Below are positions 46,620 to 60,193 of a stretch of DNA of 64,000 nucleotides, piece by piece (position 1 is the stretch's first letter; each line of letters begins with the position of its first letter). The DNA lies in NCBI GenBank assembly GCA_964016885.1, contig OZ024748.1:54808001-54872000 (forward strand), read 5' to 3'. The DNA comes from Eledone cirrhosa. Its lineage: Eukaryota. The position numbers were made by a program, and so were the translations under genes. The notes beneath the pieces were generated by a model that saw nothing but the letters and a program-made list of their open reading frames with translations, ran no database searches and was not told the DNA's origin.

Positions 46620-46805
46620 AACAGAGAGACGTATGTGTGTGTTTATCTAAGTTATGTTAGGTGTGTATATGTGCGTGTTTGCATTAGGGCTTCGACTATG
46701 TAATTACGTACGTATATCTGAGAAAACAAAAGGGAAAAGAATAAGGTGAGAGGGTGGAATGGAATTGCTAGAAGGAAATAATGGAGAGGAGAAGGGAAAG
46801 ATTTG

Positions 46806-46873
<68 letters not shown>

Positions 46874-47780
46874 GACGCGCTTGCGAGAGAGAGGACGCGC
46901 GTGTGTGTGAGAGAGAGAGAGAGAGAGAATGCGCATGCGAGAATGAGAGAGAGAGAGAACGCACGCGAGAGAAAGAGAGAGAACGCACGCGAGAGAGAGA
47001 GAGAGAGAACGCCCGCGCAAGAGAGAGAGAACGCGCGCGAGAGAGAGAGAGAACGCGCGCGCGATAGCGAGAGAACGAAAAGGAAGTAGAGATAGTGTAA
47101 TATTGAAATTAAATTCATTTTGGTAATTGTTGTCTGTATAATTGTGATAGGAAATCTATGGCTGGTTATATGGTTGTTGGTGTTGTTAGGGAGTATTCTC
47201 GTTGTATTGGCCGTCTAACGAAGGTTTTATTGTGGCTTTCTCGACATTTATTGCTTCTAACTTTGCAACCAACATTAATGTTATCGTTGGCAGTTTTGAT
47301 TAATTCTTGATTTTTTCCTGCCGACATTTCTGATACATAGAGCCATATTCGTTTCCGATTTACAATCGGTTTATATATTTATATATATATACTGCACACA
47401 ATATAAACTATATCAAAGATATATTTTTAGTTTATCTGCTGCAAAACATCGCAAGTTTTCTCGGGTTCTAATGATTTATTGTATAACACACACACACACA
47501 CGATTAATAATATGATGATAAATACTTTGATGAGGGGCCTGTTTGCATGCCGGAATTACTATATAAACGTGAGCTGGACCACTGAGCTTTAGTTCTACTT
47601 TAGACCTCTCTGACGAAATGGTATAAATAAACAGTGTGGGTTAATGACTTACGTAACAATGTTTCAGCTCTTGTAGATTGTGAAACTGCATTGAAACGAG
47701 TGTAACAGACCCTGTTATGTAATATATCTTTCTTCGATTTTCAAGGGGTTTTGCCTAGTTTTTTTCCTTTTACTCTGTAC

Positions 47781-47815
<35 letters not shown>

Positions 47816-48080
47816 CAGAAATTTATTTGTCTCTAATATTGTTAGACATATCAATGAAAAGATAAATATGGAATCAAAGAAGCATTTAAACATATCTCAC
47901 TTAAGCCCGAATCCCTTTTTATTTTGCTATTTTTAGCGTTATTACAAACCTGTCGTATCGTTCTGGTATATAGAGATATATATCTTCATTTAGTAGTTGA
48001 ACGACACACCTGTTGAACTCTTTAAACTATTTCGACGGTTCGTATACTATCTATTGAATATATTCTCTTCTTCTCAAGAA

Positions 48081-48173
48081 TTTCCCCCGATGACGGAATT
48101 TCTTTCAATATTGTTTGCCTTAATTTATTGAAATAATTGGTATTGTTTATTTCCTGAAACTGCAGTTGGGGAA
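48081..48173 (+). ncRNA. Hammerhead-like motif with long stem II and U4C change
   Basis: ttccc CCGATGA c GGAA...TTCC t GAAA CT gc AG TT ggggaa, with palindromic AACTGCAGTT. Confidence 0.5.
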
Positions 48174-48275
48174 CATTATACTAGTGAAATTGACTTATTT
48201 TAGTTTGCCTAGCTTCTATTTCCCCAATGAAGAGTTTGGCTTAAGTTGAATATGTGTAAATAAATATATATATAT

Positions 48276-48392
48276 AATTCTTTCTACTTTTGGCACAAGG
48301 CCAGCAATTACCCAGTACATTACTGGTACTTTATTTTATCGACCCCGTAAGGATGAAAGGCAAAGTTAACCTCGGCGGGATTTGAACTCAGA
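48276..48392 (-). mobile_element. 5'-truncated SINE
   Basis: Body through the B-box. Confidence 0.9.
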
Positions 48393-48539
48393 AAATATAT
48401 AATAAAGGTAATCTGAGTTTTTCGAATATTAATAATAATATTCGATTCGTTTGCAATTATGCAAACAGCCTCTTTTTAAGCCATGTCAGTAGAATGAGGC
48501 TCCCCCCCCCATTCTTGCTCTTGTGTTGGCATGTAAACA

Positions 48540-48588
48540 GAACTGCAGATACATATTTCCGGGTGATTACCCTTCATCAGTGCAGTTC
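48540..48588 (-). ncRNA. Type I hammerhead ribozyme motif with long stem I
   Basis: gaactgca CTGATGA a GGGT aatc ACCC g GAAA TA tg TA TC tgcagttc. Stem I is a perfect 8 bp and extends imperfectly to about 48525-48605. Confidence 0.85.
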
Positions 48589-48687
48589 ACTGTTCACCTG
48601 TCAACTGTCAGAACTAGGGAAAATATATATTTTCTTAAATACACAGTATTCAGGTATGTAGAGCGATAAACTTTTTTTTAGGTATAT

Positions 48688-48802
<115 letters not shown>

Positions 48803-49943
48803 ATTTGCATGATGAGTGGTTTATGTTGACGCATTCAATCAGGACACAGATTATCATTCAAACTATGCACACCCACATATTGTTGGGCGCCAATTTCGCC
48901 CGAACAACCGGCCTGATTATGCCGTAAAAATGACTAGACACTATACTGTGTCACCAATACGTGGGCAAGTTTGTATCCTGTCATCTCTGCCCACACGCTC
49001 CTTAAATCAACTTCAGTCTTAAAACAAAAACAACCACGTGTTTCAACATGTCGTGCTCGTTCCAAATTCCTCAGGCAAGGAAGCACTTTATTTCTGTGAT
49101 GTAAATCTTCCAGTCCACTTCCTTTTTCAGAAGCGGAACGATGTCGACACTTCCCGTTGATTTTCAACTTTAGTAAAAGCTGAGATGCTATGTCTGTTGT
49201 TGGTACCGCAGTTAATGTCATATAAATATGTGGTTTAGCTAGTCAAACTTTGACTGCCTCAGTTTACAACTGCATCTGTTTAATTGTGTCTTTTCCGTAT
49301 ATGTTTCTTTTCAAATTTGTTTTTTTATATATTTTACAAAAACTTTTGAGGGGCGTATTCACATCTACACACTTTGTGGCTAGCACCCTACCTTCATCGC
49401 TAGTCTAGTGGTGGTTATATTGAACGCCTAGTAAACAAACTAAGATGGATATTTGCAAAAGATTTATATTCAATAAAAGTGTCTAAAGAGGAAACTTCTT
49501 TTTACCCGAGGGTAATGTGGTAGACATGCAAATGTTCCGAATATCTCTGTTAGTGAAAAAAACGGTAAAAAAAAATACTTGTTTTCATAAGATAATTCTG
49601 GAAAACCAACGAAATAACCTCACCACCCCCCAAAAAAACATTATTTTCTTTGTGGGGCCGTGTGAAACGTGTCCGTTCAAAGTAGAAAAACAACACCAAC
49701 AACAATAATAGTAGTATTAATAATCATATTGATAATGCGAAAGCCCAGCATCCCCTGCAGGACTTTTTAGATACAGATTATAAGGGTAAAATCCTAAGAT
49801 ATACAACACTTCATTTGCTGAAAATTAAAATGTCGAATATCTGCCATATGTTTCGCCGGCTTGAATAAAAAAAAAAAATAAATGGCTGCAGTGTCTGATG
49901 ACGAAAGGCTTGGCTAATAAATGTCGAATGAATCCTTTGTTCC

Positions 49944-49976
<33 letters not shown>

Positions 49977-50348
49977 TGAAAATTGTAATAATAATCGCGA
50001 TGATGGTGGTGTTGATGACGATGTTGATGCTACGAATAATAATAATAACAACAACAACAACAACACTCATTACAATAGTAACAACAGTAATAATTGTTTC
50101 TAACAGTGGCACAAGGTCAGACATTTACTGGGAGGGGAACAATGAAAAAAAAGAAGGAATATGGATATAAATAATAAATAAAAAAACTGAAACAAGAATT
50201 AAAAAAATAAAGATCAAAAAGAAAAATTTAAACAAAATACTCATCATCATCATCATCATCATCATCTCAAATTTCTACCCAGATTATAAAATAATCACTT
50301 ATAAAACTTTCCTCTTTTCGCCTGCATCATTTACTATCTTCTCAAAAC

Positions 50349-50396
<48 letters not shown>

Positions 50397-50400
<4 letters not shown>

Positions 50401-50620
50401 AACGAGTAGGACCCCGACGGCTGAGCTCAAGTCGTTTCGACGGCTAATTCTGGAATTAAAAAAAAAATTTTTTTTTTTAGTCCAGAATTAGCCGTCGAAA
50501 TGGCTTGAGCTCAGCCGTCGGGGTCCTACTCGTTCCTATTACCCACTCTACTACCCTAAGTATTGAGTACTTTGGTGCGTTATGGTCCACCTGGTTCCTT
50601 ACCACATTTCCTCCGTTATA
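50397..50620 (+). mobile_element. Family A fold-back element, copy A6
   Basis: Same arms and tail as A1 and A4. The centre is an A-run/T-run. Confidence 0.88.
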
Positions 50621-50641
50621 TATATATATATATATATATAT

Positions 50642-50822
50642 AGGTTTTAATATAGATGAGATTCTACAGGACTAGAACTGTTTCATTCTTTAGAAATCAT
50701 CAGGAATCTGGCTTTCCAAAATAAATGATGTGGTATTCATCTATATTAAAACTTTTATACTCTGCTATGTATTGAATACCTTACTTACTGTGTTTACCTC
50801 CGATTCAACCCGGAATAACTTA

Positions 50823-50828
<6 letters not shown>
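50642..50828 (+). mobile_element. Family B element (B4)
   Basis: IR gttttaatatagatga / tcatctatattaaaac plus the family B tail, with (TA)n flanks. Confidence 0.8.
50659..50709 (-). ncRNA. Type I hammerhead ribozyme motif (family B)
   Basis: agattc CTGATGA t TTC taaa GAA t GAAA CAG ttctagtc CTG TA gaatct. Confidence 0.85.
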
Positions 50829-50858
<30 letters not shown>

Positions 50859-50864
<6 letters not shown>

Positions 50865-51194
50865 TAAAAAGGAAAAGAAAATGCTGACAAATTTTTCCCA
50901 GTGAAAAATAGTTTAATTAGGAATAAGTATAAATTAGTAATTGTTTCTACTTTAGGCACAGTGCATTACTGGTACTTTATTTTATCGACCCCGTAAGGAT
51001 GAAAGGCAAAGTCAACCTCGGCGGGATTTATTAGTAATAAGTATTAGTTAGTATTCAGTATTAGTTTTAAGTTTTAAAACTTAAAACTAAACCTGAATAC
51101 TAACTAATACTTATTACTAATTTATACTTTTTCCTAATTAAACTATTTTTCATGGGAAAAATTTGTCAGCATTTTCTTTTCCTTTTTACTAATA
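50859..51194. repeat. Long AT-rich palindrome interrupted by a SINE fragment (50941-51029, minus strand)
   Basis: Centre aagttttaaaactt at 51069-51082. The SINE is flanked by ATTAGTAAT at 50933-50941 and 51030-51038. Confidence 0.85.
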
Positions 51195-51248
51195 TATCAC
51201 AACTAGTGTGTTACACCTCTATTTATATATATATGTTATCGTTTTAAC

Positions 51249-51360
<112 letters not shown>

Positions 51361-51548
51361 AATAAAGTGTTAAAACGATAACATTTTAGTTTAGAACATT
51401 TATTAGCTGACAATTGTTTCTTCCATATATATATATAAAAGAGAAATATGTAAATAATAAATTCATATATATGTATACAAATATCCATCAAAATGGCTTA
51501 AGCCTTATCATATCACGTTTTAAATATATATATGTACGTATGTGTGTA

Positions 51549-51661
<113 letters not shown>

Positions 51662-51791
51662 ATGCAAAAATAAGGGTTGGGGGATAAAATAAAATAGCAA
51701 TAACACACTGGAGTCAATTAAATCGACTTTCCTCCTTTCCTGCCGATTACTGGCCTTGTGCCAAAAGTAGAGTCTATTATTATTATTATTA

Positions 51792-51965
51792 TGGCAGTAA
51801 CGGTACAGTGTCAGACACTATGATTTGTAGCATAGAGTTATGGCCTTTTACGTTCTGAGTTCAAATCCCGCTGAGGTTAACTTTGCTTTTCATCCTTTCG
51901 GGGACGATAAATTAAAGTACCAGTAATGTACTGGGTAATCGCTGGCCTTGTGCCAAAAGTAGAAA

Positions 51966-51996
<31 letters not shown>

Positions 51997-52000
51997 GTTA

Positions 52001-52035
<35 letters not shown>
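51792..52035 (+). mobile_element. SINE with expanded (ATT)n tail
   Basis: Head tggcagtaacggta, B-box, body and tail. Confidence 0.88.
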
Positions 52036-52037
<2 letters not shown>

Positions 52038-52429
52038 TTCTTGTGTTGTCCTGAAACTTCGTGTGCCCTTGTGGCCAATAAAGGAAATTAATATCATCAT
52101 CATCTGCCCGTCGGTCTAATTTTGCTGTAGCTTGGCCAAGATATATCTCCCCTCATCCGTTTTTATTTTTCGTAATTTGCTTTTTTTCATATTTTGTTTT
52201 ATTGTTTTTTTTCCTAATTTGTTTTTTGTTTTTGCTTTTCTTAATTTTCTGTCAAATATTTTTATATGTTTATAGTCCTTCAATTTTGTGTGCATATTTC
52301 TTTTTTAATTGCATATAAACACACACATACACACTAACGCACACACACACACACACACTCATATATGTATGTGTGTGTGTAGGACTGGACTTAATTTTTC
52401 TATAGATTCTCATTTTCTATTCTCTATAC

Positions 52430-52502
52430 ATGTTTATTACATATATATATATATACATACATATATATATACACATATACACATACATATAGACACACAT
52501 AT

Positions 52503-52554
<52 letters not shown>

Positions 52555-52732
52555 CCATATATACATATATATGCACATATATATATACACATATATGCAC
52601 ATATATATATATATATATATACATATATGCACATATATATATACATATACATATATGCACATATATATATACATATACATATATATACACATATATATAC
52701 ATATATATATATACACTTATACACATATGTAT

Positions 52733-52802
<70 letters not shown>

Positions 52803-53090
52803 TTTACACATGTATACACACATATACACATATATACACTTATACACATATGTATACATACATATACACATATGTATACACACATACACATATGTATACA
52901 CACATGTATACACACATGTATACACACATATACACACACATGTATACACACATACACATACATACACCCATATCCTCACACATATATATATATACACATA
53001 CACACACATATATATATATACACACATGTGCATATGTATTTATGGAAGTATGCATGTGTATGTGTATGTGTATATATGTACATGTGTGTT
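52430..53090. repeat. TA/CA compound microsatellite
   Basis: Direct inspection. Confidence 0.9.
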
Positions 53091-53596
53091 AACGTATGAA
53101 TGACTGGGCGCTGCTTTCTTAATTTTTTCTTCCCATTTCTTTCTCTTCCTCTTTGTGACCATGTCGGCTGCCCTATATTCCTCTTCCTCTTTGCTGCTTG
53201 TTAATTTTAATTTCATTTTCATCATCATCTTGCTCCCGCCTCCTCCCTCAGCCCCTCATCCTCCCCACACTCATCCCTCATCCTCCTCCCCCTCCCCCCA
53301 CGTCTTACACGTCGTCCAACATTGCATGATTTATACATTGTTAATCTGATTCTGAACAACTCTACTCTCACCCCTCCTCATGGCTTGGCTGAAAGAACAA
53401 TCTTTGGCCAGGGAAGAACAAAGAAACAAACATATAACTACCCCACCCCCACCACCCCTACAAACAAAAAGAACAAAACACACAAAAAAAACAAAGATCC
53501 CCTGAAATAAAAAAATAAAAAAAACCCCGCTACCCCCGAAACAAAAAAAAAAAGGGCATAAAAAGGCAGACGTGGTGGGATGGGAAGAAAGAAATT

Positions 53597-54450
53597 AATG
53601 ATAATCATTGGAATGATGATGATGATGATGATGGTGGTGGTAATAATTATAATGATGATGATGATGATTGTAATGATGGTGGTGGTAATAATTATAATGA
53701 TGATGATGATGATGATTGTAATGATGGTGGTGGTAATAATTATAATGATGATGATGATGATCATCATCATCATCATTATTGTAATGATATTGGTAATAAT
53801 TATGATAATGATGACGATATTTATAATGAAGGTGATGATGCAAAATGAAAATAATGATGATGATGATAGTGATGATGATAGTGATGATGGTCGTGATGAT
53901 GATAGTGATGATGGTCGTGATGATGGTCGTGATGATGATGCTAGTGATGATGATGGTGATGATGCTAGTGATGAGCGTGCTCATGATAATGCTGATGATA
54001 ATTATAATGAGGATCATAATGATAAATTATGATGATGATGAAAATGATGATGATGATAATAATTGTTTCTACTTTAGGCACAAGGCCAGCAATTATCCCA
54101 GTGTATTACTGGTACTTTATTTTATCGACCCCGTAAGGATGAAAGGCAAAGTTAACCTCGGCGGGATTTGAACTCAGATCGTAAAGGGACGTAACTCTTT
54201 GCTGCAAAGCATGGCGTCCGACCCTCTACCGATACTGCGATGATAATAATGTTGATGAAATGATGGTGAAAATGATGATGGCGACGATTATGATGATGGC
54301 GACGATTACGATGATGGCGATGATTATGATGTCATGATAATGCTGCTGCTGTTGCTGCTGCTACTGGTGGTGAAGGTGATGTCAGGATGTAATGATAATG
54401 ACAATGATGATGACGATGATGATTGTGATAATATTGATAACGAAGAAAAC
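53597..54450. repeat. Degenerate (GAT)n tract containing a SINE
   Basis: Direct inspection. Confidence 0.9.
54058..54238 (-). mobile_element. SINE, major family
   Basis: Near full length. gatgataataat is present on both sides. Confidence 0.92.
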
Positions 54451-54894
54451 TAGGGGAGGGGGGGGGGGGGAATATAGTGACGACAATGATGATGATAACG
54501 ATGTTGATGGTTATCAATCATGATGACGGCAAAATGGCAGAATGGTTAGAGTGTCGGAAGATGCCTTGCTGCCCTAACTTCTGATGTTTGTCTTCTGAGT
54601 TCACATTACTTCGGGGTCTACGTTGCTTTTCATGCTATCTATATAAAGATTATCTGCTTATGTTATTAGACTGGCGTTATCACGTGAGCGTCGGGTAGGA
54701 AACCTTGCGGTAATTATTCCGGGTCTTTGTGTTCTATGTTTAAATAAAGTAAAGCATTTAGATGTGGATTTTGTCTCTTAAGCAGACCCCCCCCCCCTCC
54801 CGACTTCCCATAATCAATGGGTATGTTTCGGTCCATTTAGATTTCCTTCGTGAAGTACACTCACCATAACTGGCCAGACTGTAATGTGATCATT

Positions 54895-55035
54895 ACAGAG
54901 AGAGAGAGAGAGAGAGAAAATGAGGGAAGGAGAAAGAGAGAGAGAGAGAGAGAGAGAGAAAATGAGGGAGGGAGGGAGAAAGAGAGAGAGAGAGAAAATG
55001 AGGGAGGGAGAAAGAGAGAGAGAAAATGAGGGAGG

Positions 55036-55066
<31 letters not shown>

Positions 55067-55241
55067 ATAGAGAAAGAGAGATAGAGAAAGAGAGAGACAG
55101 AGAAAGAGAGAGATAGAGAGATAAAGATAGAAAGAAATATATATATAGAGAGAGAGATAAAGAGAGAGATAAAGAGAAAGAGAGAGAGATAAAGAGATAT
55201 ATAGAGAGAGAAAGAGATAGAGAGAGAGAGAAAGAGAGAGA
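54895..55241. repeat. GA-rich tract with repeated AAAATGAGGGA units
   Basis: Direct inspection. Confidence 0.9.
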
Positions 55242-55244
55242 TGC

Positions 55245-55378
55245 AATGGCCGAGTTTTTAGAACGTTGGTTAGAATGCTTTGCGCTATTCGTTCCGGTTT
55301 TCTGTGCTTTGAGTTAAAAACCCGTCGAGGACAACTTTGCCCTTCATTCTTTCGAGATCGATGAAATAATACCAGTTT
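55245..55378 (+). mobile_element. Old diverged SINE (another at 54528-54635)
   Basis: tggccgag..ttagaacg head and gaggacaactttgcccttcattctttcgagatcgatgaaat body. Confidence 0.7.
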
Positions 55379-55618
55379 CGTCCTCTTTCGATTCTTCCTA
55401 TTTATCTGAACCTCACTTCCTGTCCCCTTCTCTAGAAGAAATCGGCTGCGTCCAGACTTGAGACTTGCGGATGATGGGTTCTATTAGGTTCCCAAGACAG
55501 ACTCTATATCCCTACGGCGCCCTTAACGACTTCACACACACACACACACACACACACATATTATATATATACATACACACACATATATATATACACACAC
55601 ATATACATACACACACAC

Positions 55619-55649
<31 letters not shown>

Positions 55650-55755
55650 TATATATATATACATACACACACAATATATATATATACATACACACACAAT
55701 ATTATATATACACACACACACATATATATATATCTACACACACACATACATATAT

Positions 55756-55786
<31 letters not shown>

Positions 55787-55993
55787 CATACACACACATA
55801 TACATACACACATATATATATATACATACACACACATATATATATACATACACACACAATATATATATATATATATATACACACACAATATATATATATA
55901 TATACATACACACACAATATATATATATACATACACACACAATATATATATATACATACACACACACATACATATATATATACATACGCACAC

Positions 55994-56082
<89 letters not shown>

Positions 56083-56118
56083 CATACACACACACACACA
56101 CATATATATATATATGCA

Positions 56119-56730
56119 CTAGCCGAATTACCCGCGCCTTGCTGCGTTTCACACATTTTTTTTTTTTTGTAAGAAAATGATGATTGATTTTAAATCAGTG
56201 ATATAATTTATGGAGAAAAACTCTGCATTTCAATATTACTCATTGCAAAATGTAATGCATGAAAAATTAGAAAACATTAATTTTTGTAATATATCAAATC
56301 AAAATTAGATTATTAAATCTTATTCTTATTTTGATTCTTGTAAATAATTTTTTTCAAAATATTAATGCAAAACTTGATCATTTCATTTTTGTGTAAAGAA
56401 TTATTTTATTTGGGCTTCAAAAATTTTCACTATAGGGGGTTTAACCCCCATTAGGGTGTCTTAATATTATTTAAATTTGCTGAAATTTTGTGAATAGGCA
56501 TCATATTTTGTCATTTAACTATGGTTTAAATTTCATATAAATCGAATGGAAGAAAATTTTCAGCGGGGGTTTGTAACCCCGGGGAATCCTTTAATTTAAA
56601 TGAAATATACTTATCCAAGTACCCTGGGCAATGTAGTTTCAGAATATATATGGTTATGGGGGTCTATCTTCTAAACCATAGGAGGAGTTCGTGAACGAAC
56701 AAACAGGAACTACAACTTTATATATATAGA
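56119..56730 (-). mobile_element. Non-autonomous Helitron
   Basis: The minus strand begins TC(TATATATATAAAG) and ends ...cgcagcaaggcgcgggtaattcggCTAG. It is inserted between A and T with no TSD. Confidence 0.75.
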
Positions 56731-56984
56731 TGTGTGTGTGTGTGTGTGCGCGCGGCAACCAAGCAACAACTCTTCTCTGAACACCTACACACGGATCATC
56801 TCATGAGAAACGGTTTTTAAACCCGAAAATATTTGAGATAAATAAAGTTGCTAAGGTAAAATTCTATGATCTCCACTCTTTTATAACTAATTACCTTGGC
56901 ATTTTTAATCTTGTCTGCTTTGCAGGGCTTTCAAATATCTAAACTTATTTAAATTTGTGTGTGTGTGTGTGCACACACACATGA

Positions 56985-57272
56985 TAGATCCTCCGTTGGT
57001 TTCGAGGATGAGAATTCAGTTGTTCAATCAGATAAACTTCTGACCCATAAATTAACAGGTGAGTTGTTGAAGATTCCACTGTCACGTGTACTCTTAACAG
57101 AATTCTTTGGCCAAATCTGCATCAATCTTTCGGACCTTTGAATTACCAGTACAATCCCTCCGATGGACTTTCAGAGAGATCCCGTCTCTCTCAAATCATT
57201 GGTATGTCCGAGGCTTTGGTAAAGACACTTACCCATAGGGCCACGCAGTGTGATGGAAACTGGGACCTGGAA
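56985..57272 (-). mobile_element. Diverged tRNA-derived SINE, third family
   Basis: Minus strand ggtcccagtttc..cactgcgtggccctatgggtaagtgtctt (degenerate B-box and CORE-like segment). Confidence 0.6.
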
Positions 57273-58264
57273 GTATTTAATACAAACCTGGGTTAATAAT
57301 GCATTGCCTCTGTCATATAATTATACGTTGGTAGAACGTATTATTTAGTGAGACCTAAGATTTTCTAGCGATTGACACCTCACACAGACATACAGATTAT
57401 ATATATATATATATATATAGTAAACATACATATACACATTATATTAGTTAGCCTGTTTTATAAGCTCTCTTCAGACTGGAAGCAACCTGACTAATCTTCT
57501 TAATTTCGTTACCCAATGAAATATATAATTGTTTGCTATATGAACAGAAGGCGTGATACATATTAAAGAAAGACTAAAGCGAAGGTTGTAATGTTGATAA
57601 CTTCAGAAGAATAATTAGCATCACTAATGAAGTTGGAAAGCTTGAAGCGTATCACAGTTTCTCCTCCCAAGTTGACCCCCTCCTCTCCTTAACTCACTGG
57701 ACCCATGCAGCTGTCTGCCTTCATACGCACAACTCGTTTTCGTATTGGCAAACGTCCATAGTTATAGCGGATGGTGCGAATGAGAGGCAATCAACTGAAT
57801 CGAACTAAGTACATAACTAATATCTATTTGATCGATAAAATGGGATCGGGGGATGAGAGATTAAGTTTAATCATGTGCCGCAAGATTTTAAAGCAGAATT
57901 TAGAAAATTACTTTCCAAACTATGATCCTCGGCACACTTTTGTGCCGCGAGATGTAATTATGTCCACCAAGAAAGAACAGAATTCTATTTCAAAACAAGA
58001 AAATGGTAATAAATTTCATGTATTACTGTCAAAGTGGAAAAGAACTCTCCTAAGAATGAAATCATTGCCAAAATAATACAAAACCTATGTTTCTCATCGA
58101 TAACTTTGCTCCATTTATTGACTAAAGAAGGAACTACAAGCATTTATTCCACATTTCTACCTCCTGCCATGATGGTAGTATATATAAACACCTTTTAAAC
58201 AAATTTTGAAATTTTGGTACAAATTGCGCCACAATATTGGGAATTCATTTTTTTTTTCTGTTTT

Positions 58265-58408
58265 CTTCTTCGTCTACTTATTCCTGCGAGGGCTATAGAG
58301 GCAGAATCCTCAAGCACGCCTGACGCCTGCCAGCGGGTCCTGTCAGGAGCAACAGTCTCCAATTGATCCGGCGACCAACCATCTTACTAGGGGTCTACCT
58401 CTGGGTAA
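58265..58408 (-). mobile_element. RTE-type LINE 3' end fragment
   Basis: Minus frames PRGRPLVRW and LETVAPDRTRWQ, with a (GAA) tail. Confidence 0.65.
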
Positions 58409-59405
58409 GTTAATCTGCAATTTTCAAAGCTTGCACTAAGAAGGAGGATCTGCTTTTATAGCAAGTCTATACAGGTGTATATCCCCACACCACCGACTTT
58501 TATTGCATACAATTGAAAAAAAAACCGCATTATTTATGGGATGACGCAATATTTACTTATCCTAAAGTGGGTCATAGGTAAAAAAAAAAGTTTGGAGACC
58601 ACTGGTTTAGAAGGAACAAAGTGTTGAAGTTCGATACAAAAGCGTTTTTGTCCAGTCCAAACGTTTCTTGCCATGTACAAGAATAATTTAAGAAAACACG
58701 TATCAGTGCTTATAAGACAAGTTAATGACACTAATTAACTTTGTCAATATAATACTACCCTTAGCAATTAGTGGAATGGAGATAGCTATTAAAGACAGAT
58801 AAATTAGTTTTTGTTTTACCTGGAGAAATGTCTCAATGTTCAACTAATGAGTATCTATTAAGTGGGATAGATGATGAACTAATGACTGTCTATTAAGTCT
58901 TACTTACTTCCACCTACTTTTAACACATACCTTCAGGTTACCTTTATTATTTCATTTAATTTCTGATTCTCTCAAACTCTTTTTTTCTTAACTTCATTCT
59001 ATCTTTCTTCTTAATTTATTTCATCTATCATCTTCCTATTTTCATTTATTTATTATCACCCATTCCCCTCTAGTTTAAAATAACATATATCCATATACAA
59101 AGACATACTTTCGCTTGCTAAACGTAAACATCGTGTGTCTGTGTATATATATACATACACACATATATATAAGAGCTAGATACTTATATATATAAGAGAT
59201 AGATAGATACACACCACATGTTTAGAAGACGGCTGTGTTGAATTGCATTAGTAACGTTTACCGCAATTTTGACTACAAGTCAAAAGTAAAATGTATGCTG
59301 ATGCCCATTTTCTCTGTTCTGGGGGGCGCTGATAGTCCTGTTACTATTAGATTATTTTCTGTCGCCGAAAGTACGGCAAAAGTTACTTATTCGCTTCAAT
59401 ATACA

Positions 59406-59471
<66 letters not shown>

Positions 59472-59474
<3 letters not shown>

Positions 59475-59623
59475 CGGGTAAAATTCCCGAGATCCATAGA
59501 CGAATTCTCTCCAGCGGTTCTCATCACCACCATGTCCTGCATCTCCCAGAGACCAATGTCTGTCCTTAGGGCATCTATATATATATATAAATATATTCGA
59601 GAGAATTCGTCTATGGATCTCGG
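59472..59623 (-). mobile_element. RTE 3' end stub with 25-bp local fold-back copy (59599-59623)
   Basis: Reverse complement of 60421-60533. The mini copy is the exact inverse of ccgagatccatagacgaattctctc. Confidence 0.8.
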
Positions 59624-59773
59624 ATATATATATTAGTTCAAGGAAACAACAAACAGAGCTACATAAGTCTCATCAGTTTCACGTTTTATATGGAATAGGG
59701 GAAAGAAAGTACGACGTCTCGTGCTTTAGCCCTTCTTCAGAAGTACAAAAATAGAGACAGATATATATATATA

Positions 59774-59970
59774 TAACGAAGGAAATGTGGTAAGGAACCA
59801 GATGGACCATAACGCACCAAAGTACTCAATACTTAGGGTAGTAGAGTGGGTAATAGGAACAAGTAGGACCCCGACGGCTGAGCTCAAGCCGTTTCGACGG
59901 TTAATTCTGGAGTCTAGAATTAGCCGTCGAAACGGCTAGAGCTCAGCCGTCGGGGTCCTACTTGTTCCTA
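59774..59970 (-). mobile_element. Family A fold-back element, copy A7
   Basis: Reverse-oriented tail plus palindrome at 59853-59971 with a minimal centre. Confidence 0.88.
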
Positions 59971-60111
59971 TATATATATATATATATAGCATAAATAAAG
60001 CTTCATACTCTTAACATGTATGTGCGACCTTAGGTTTCGGGGTCCAGTTATGGCCACTATTGTATTGTCGAAGAGCTTCTTCAAAACTGGCCTCTTATCG
60101 GGTGCTCGGAC

Positions 60112-60190
<79 letters not shown>

Positions 60191-60193
<3 letters not shown>

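Noticed and set aside
47100-47340. Possible decayed PLE RT/thumb remnants (also 16200-16400 and 60860-61330)
   Set aside because: The motifs are too degraded to support without a profile search.
48934-49221. 95-aa ORF faintly like Tc1/mariner transposase ends
   Set aside because: No DDE/D motifs or TIRs were identified. Too weak to call.
53580-54171. Acidic or Met/Ile-rich ORFs
   Set aside because: (GAT)n low-complexity sequence running into a SINE.
57890-58603. hAT-type MITE ends (gagaccactg at about 58594)
   Set aside because: Only one clear terminus, with no partner TIR or 8-bp TSD.
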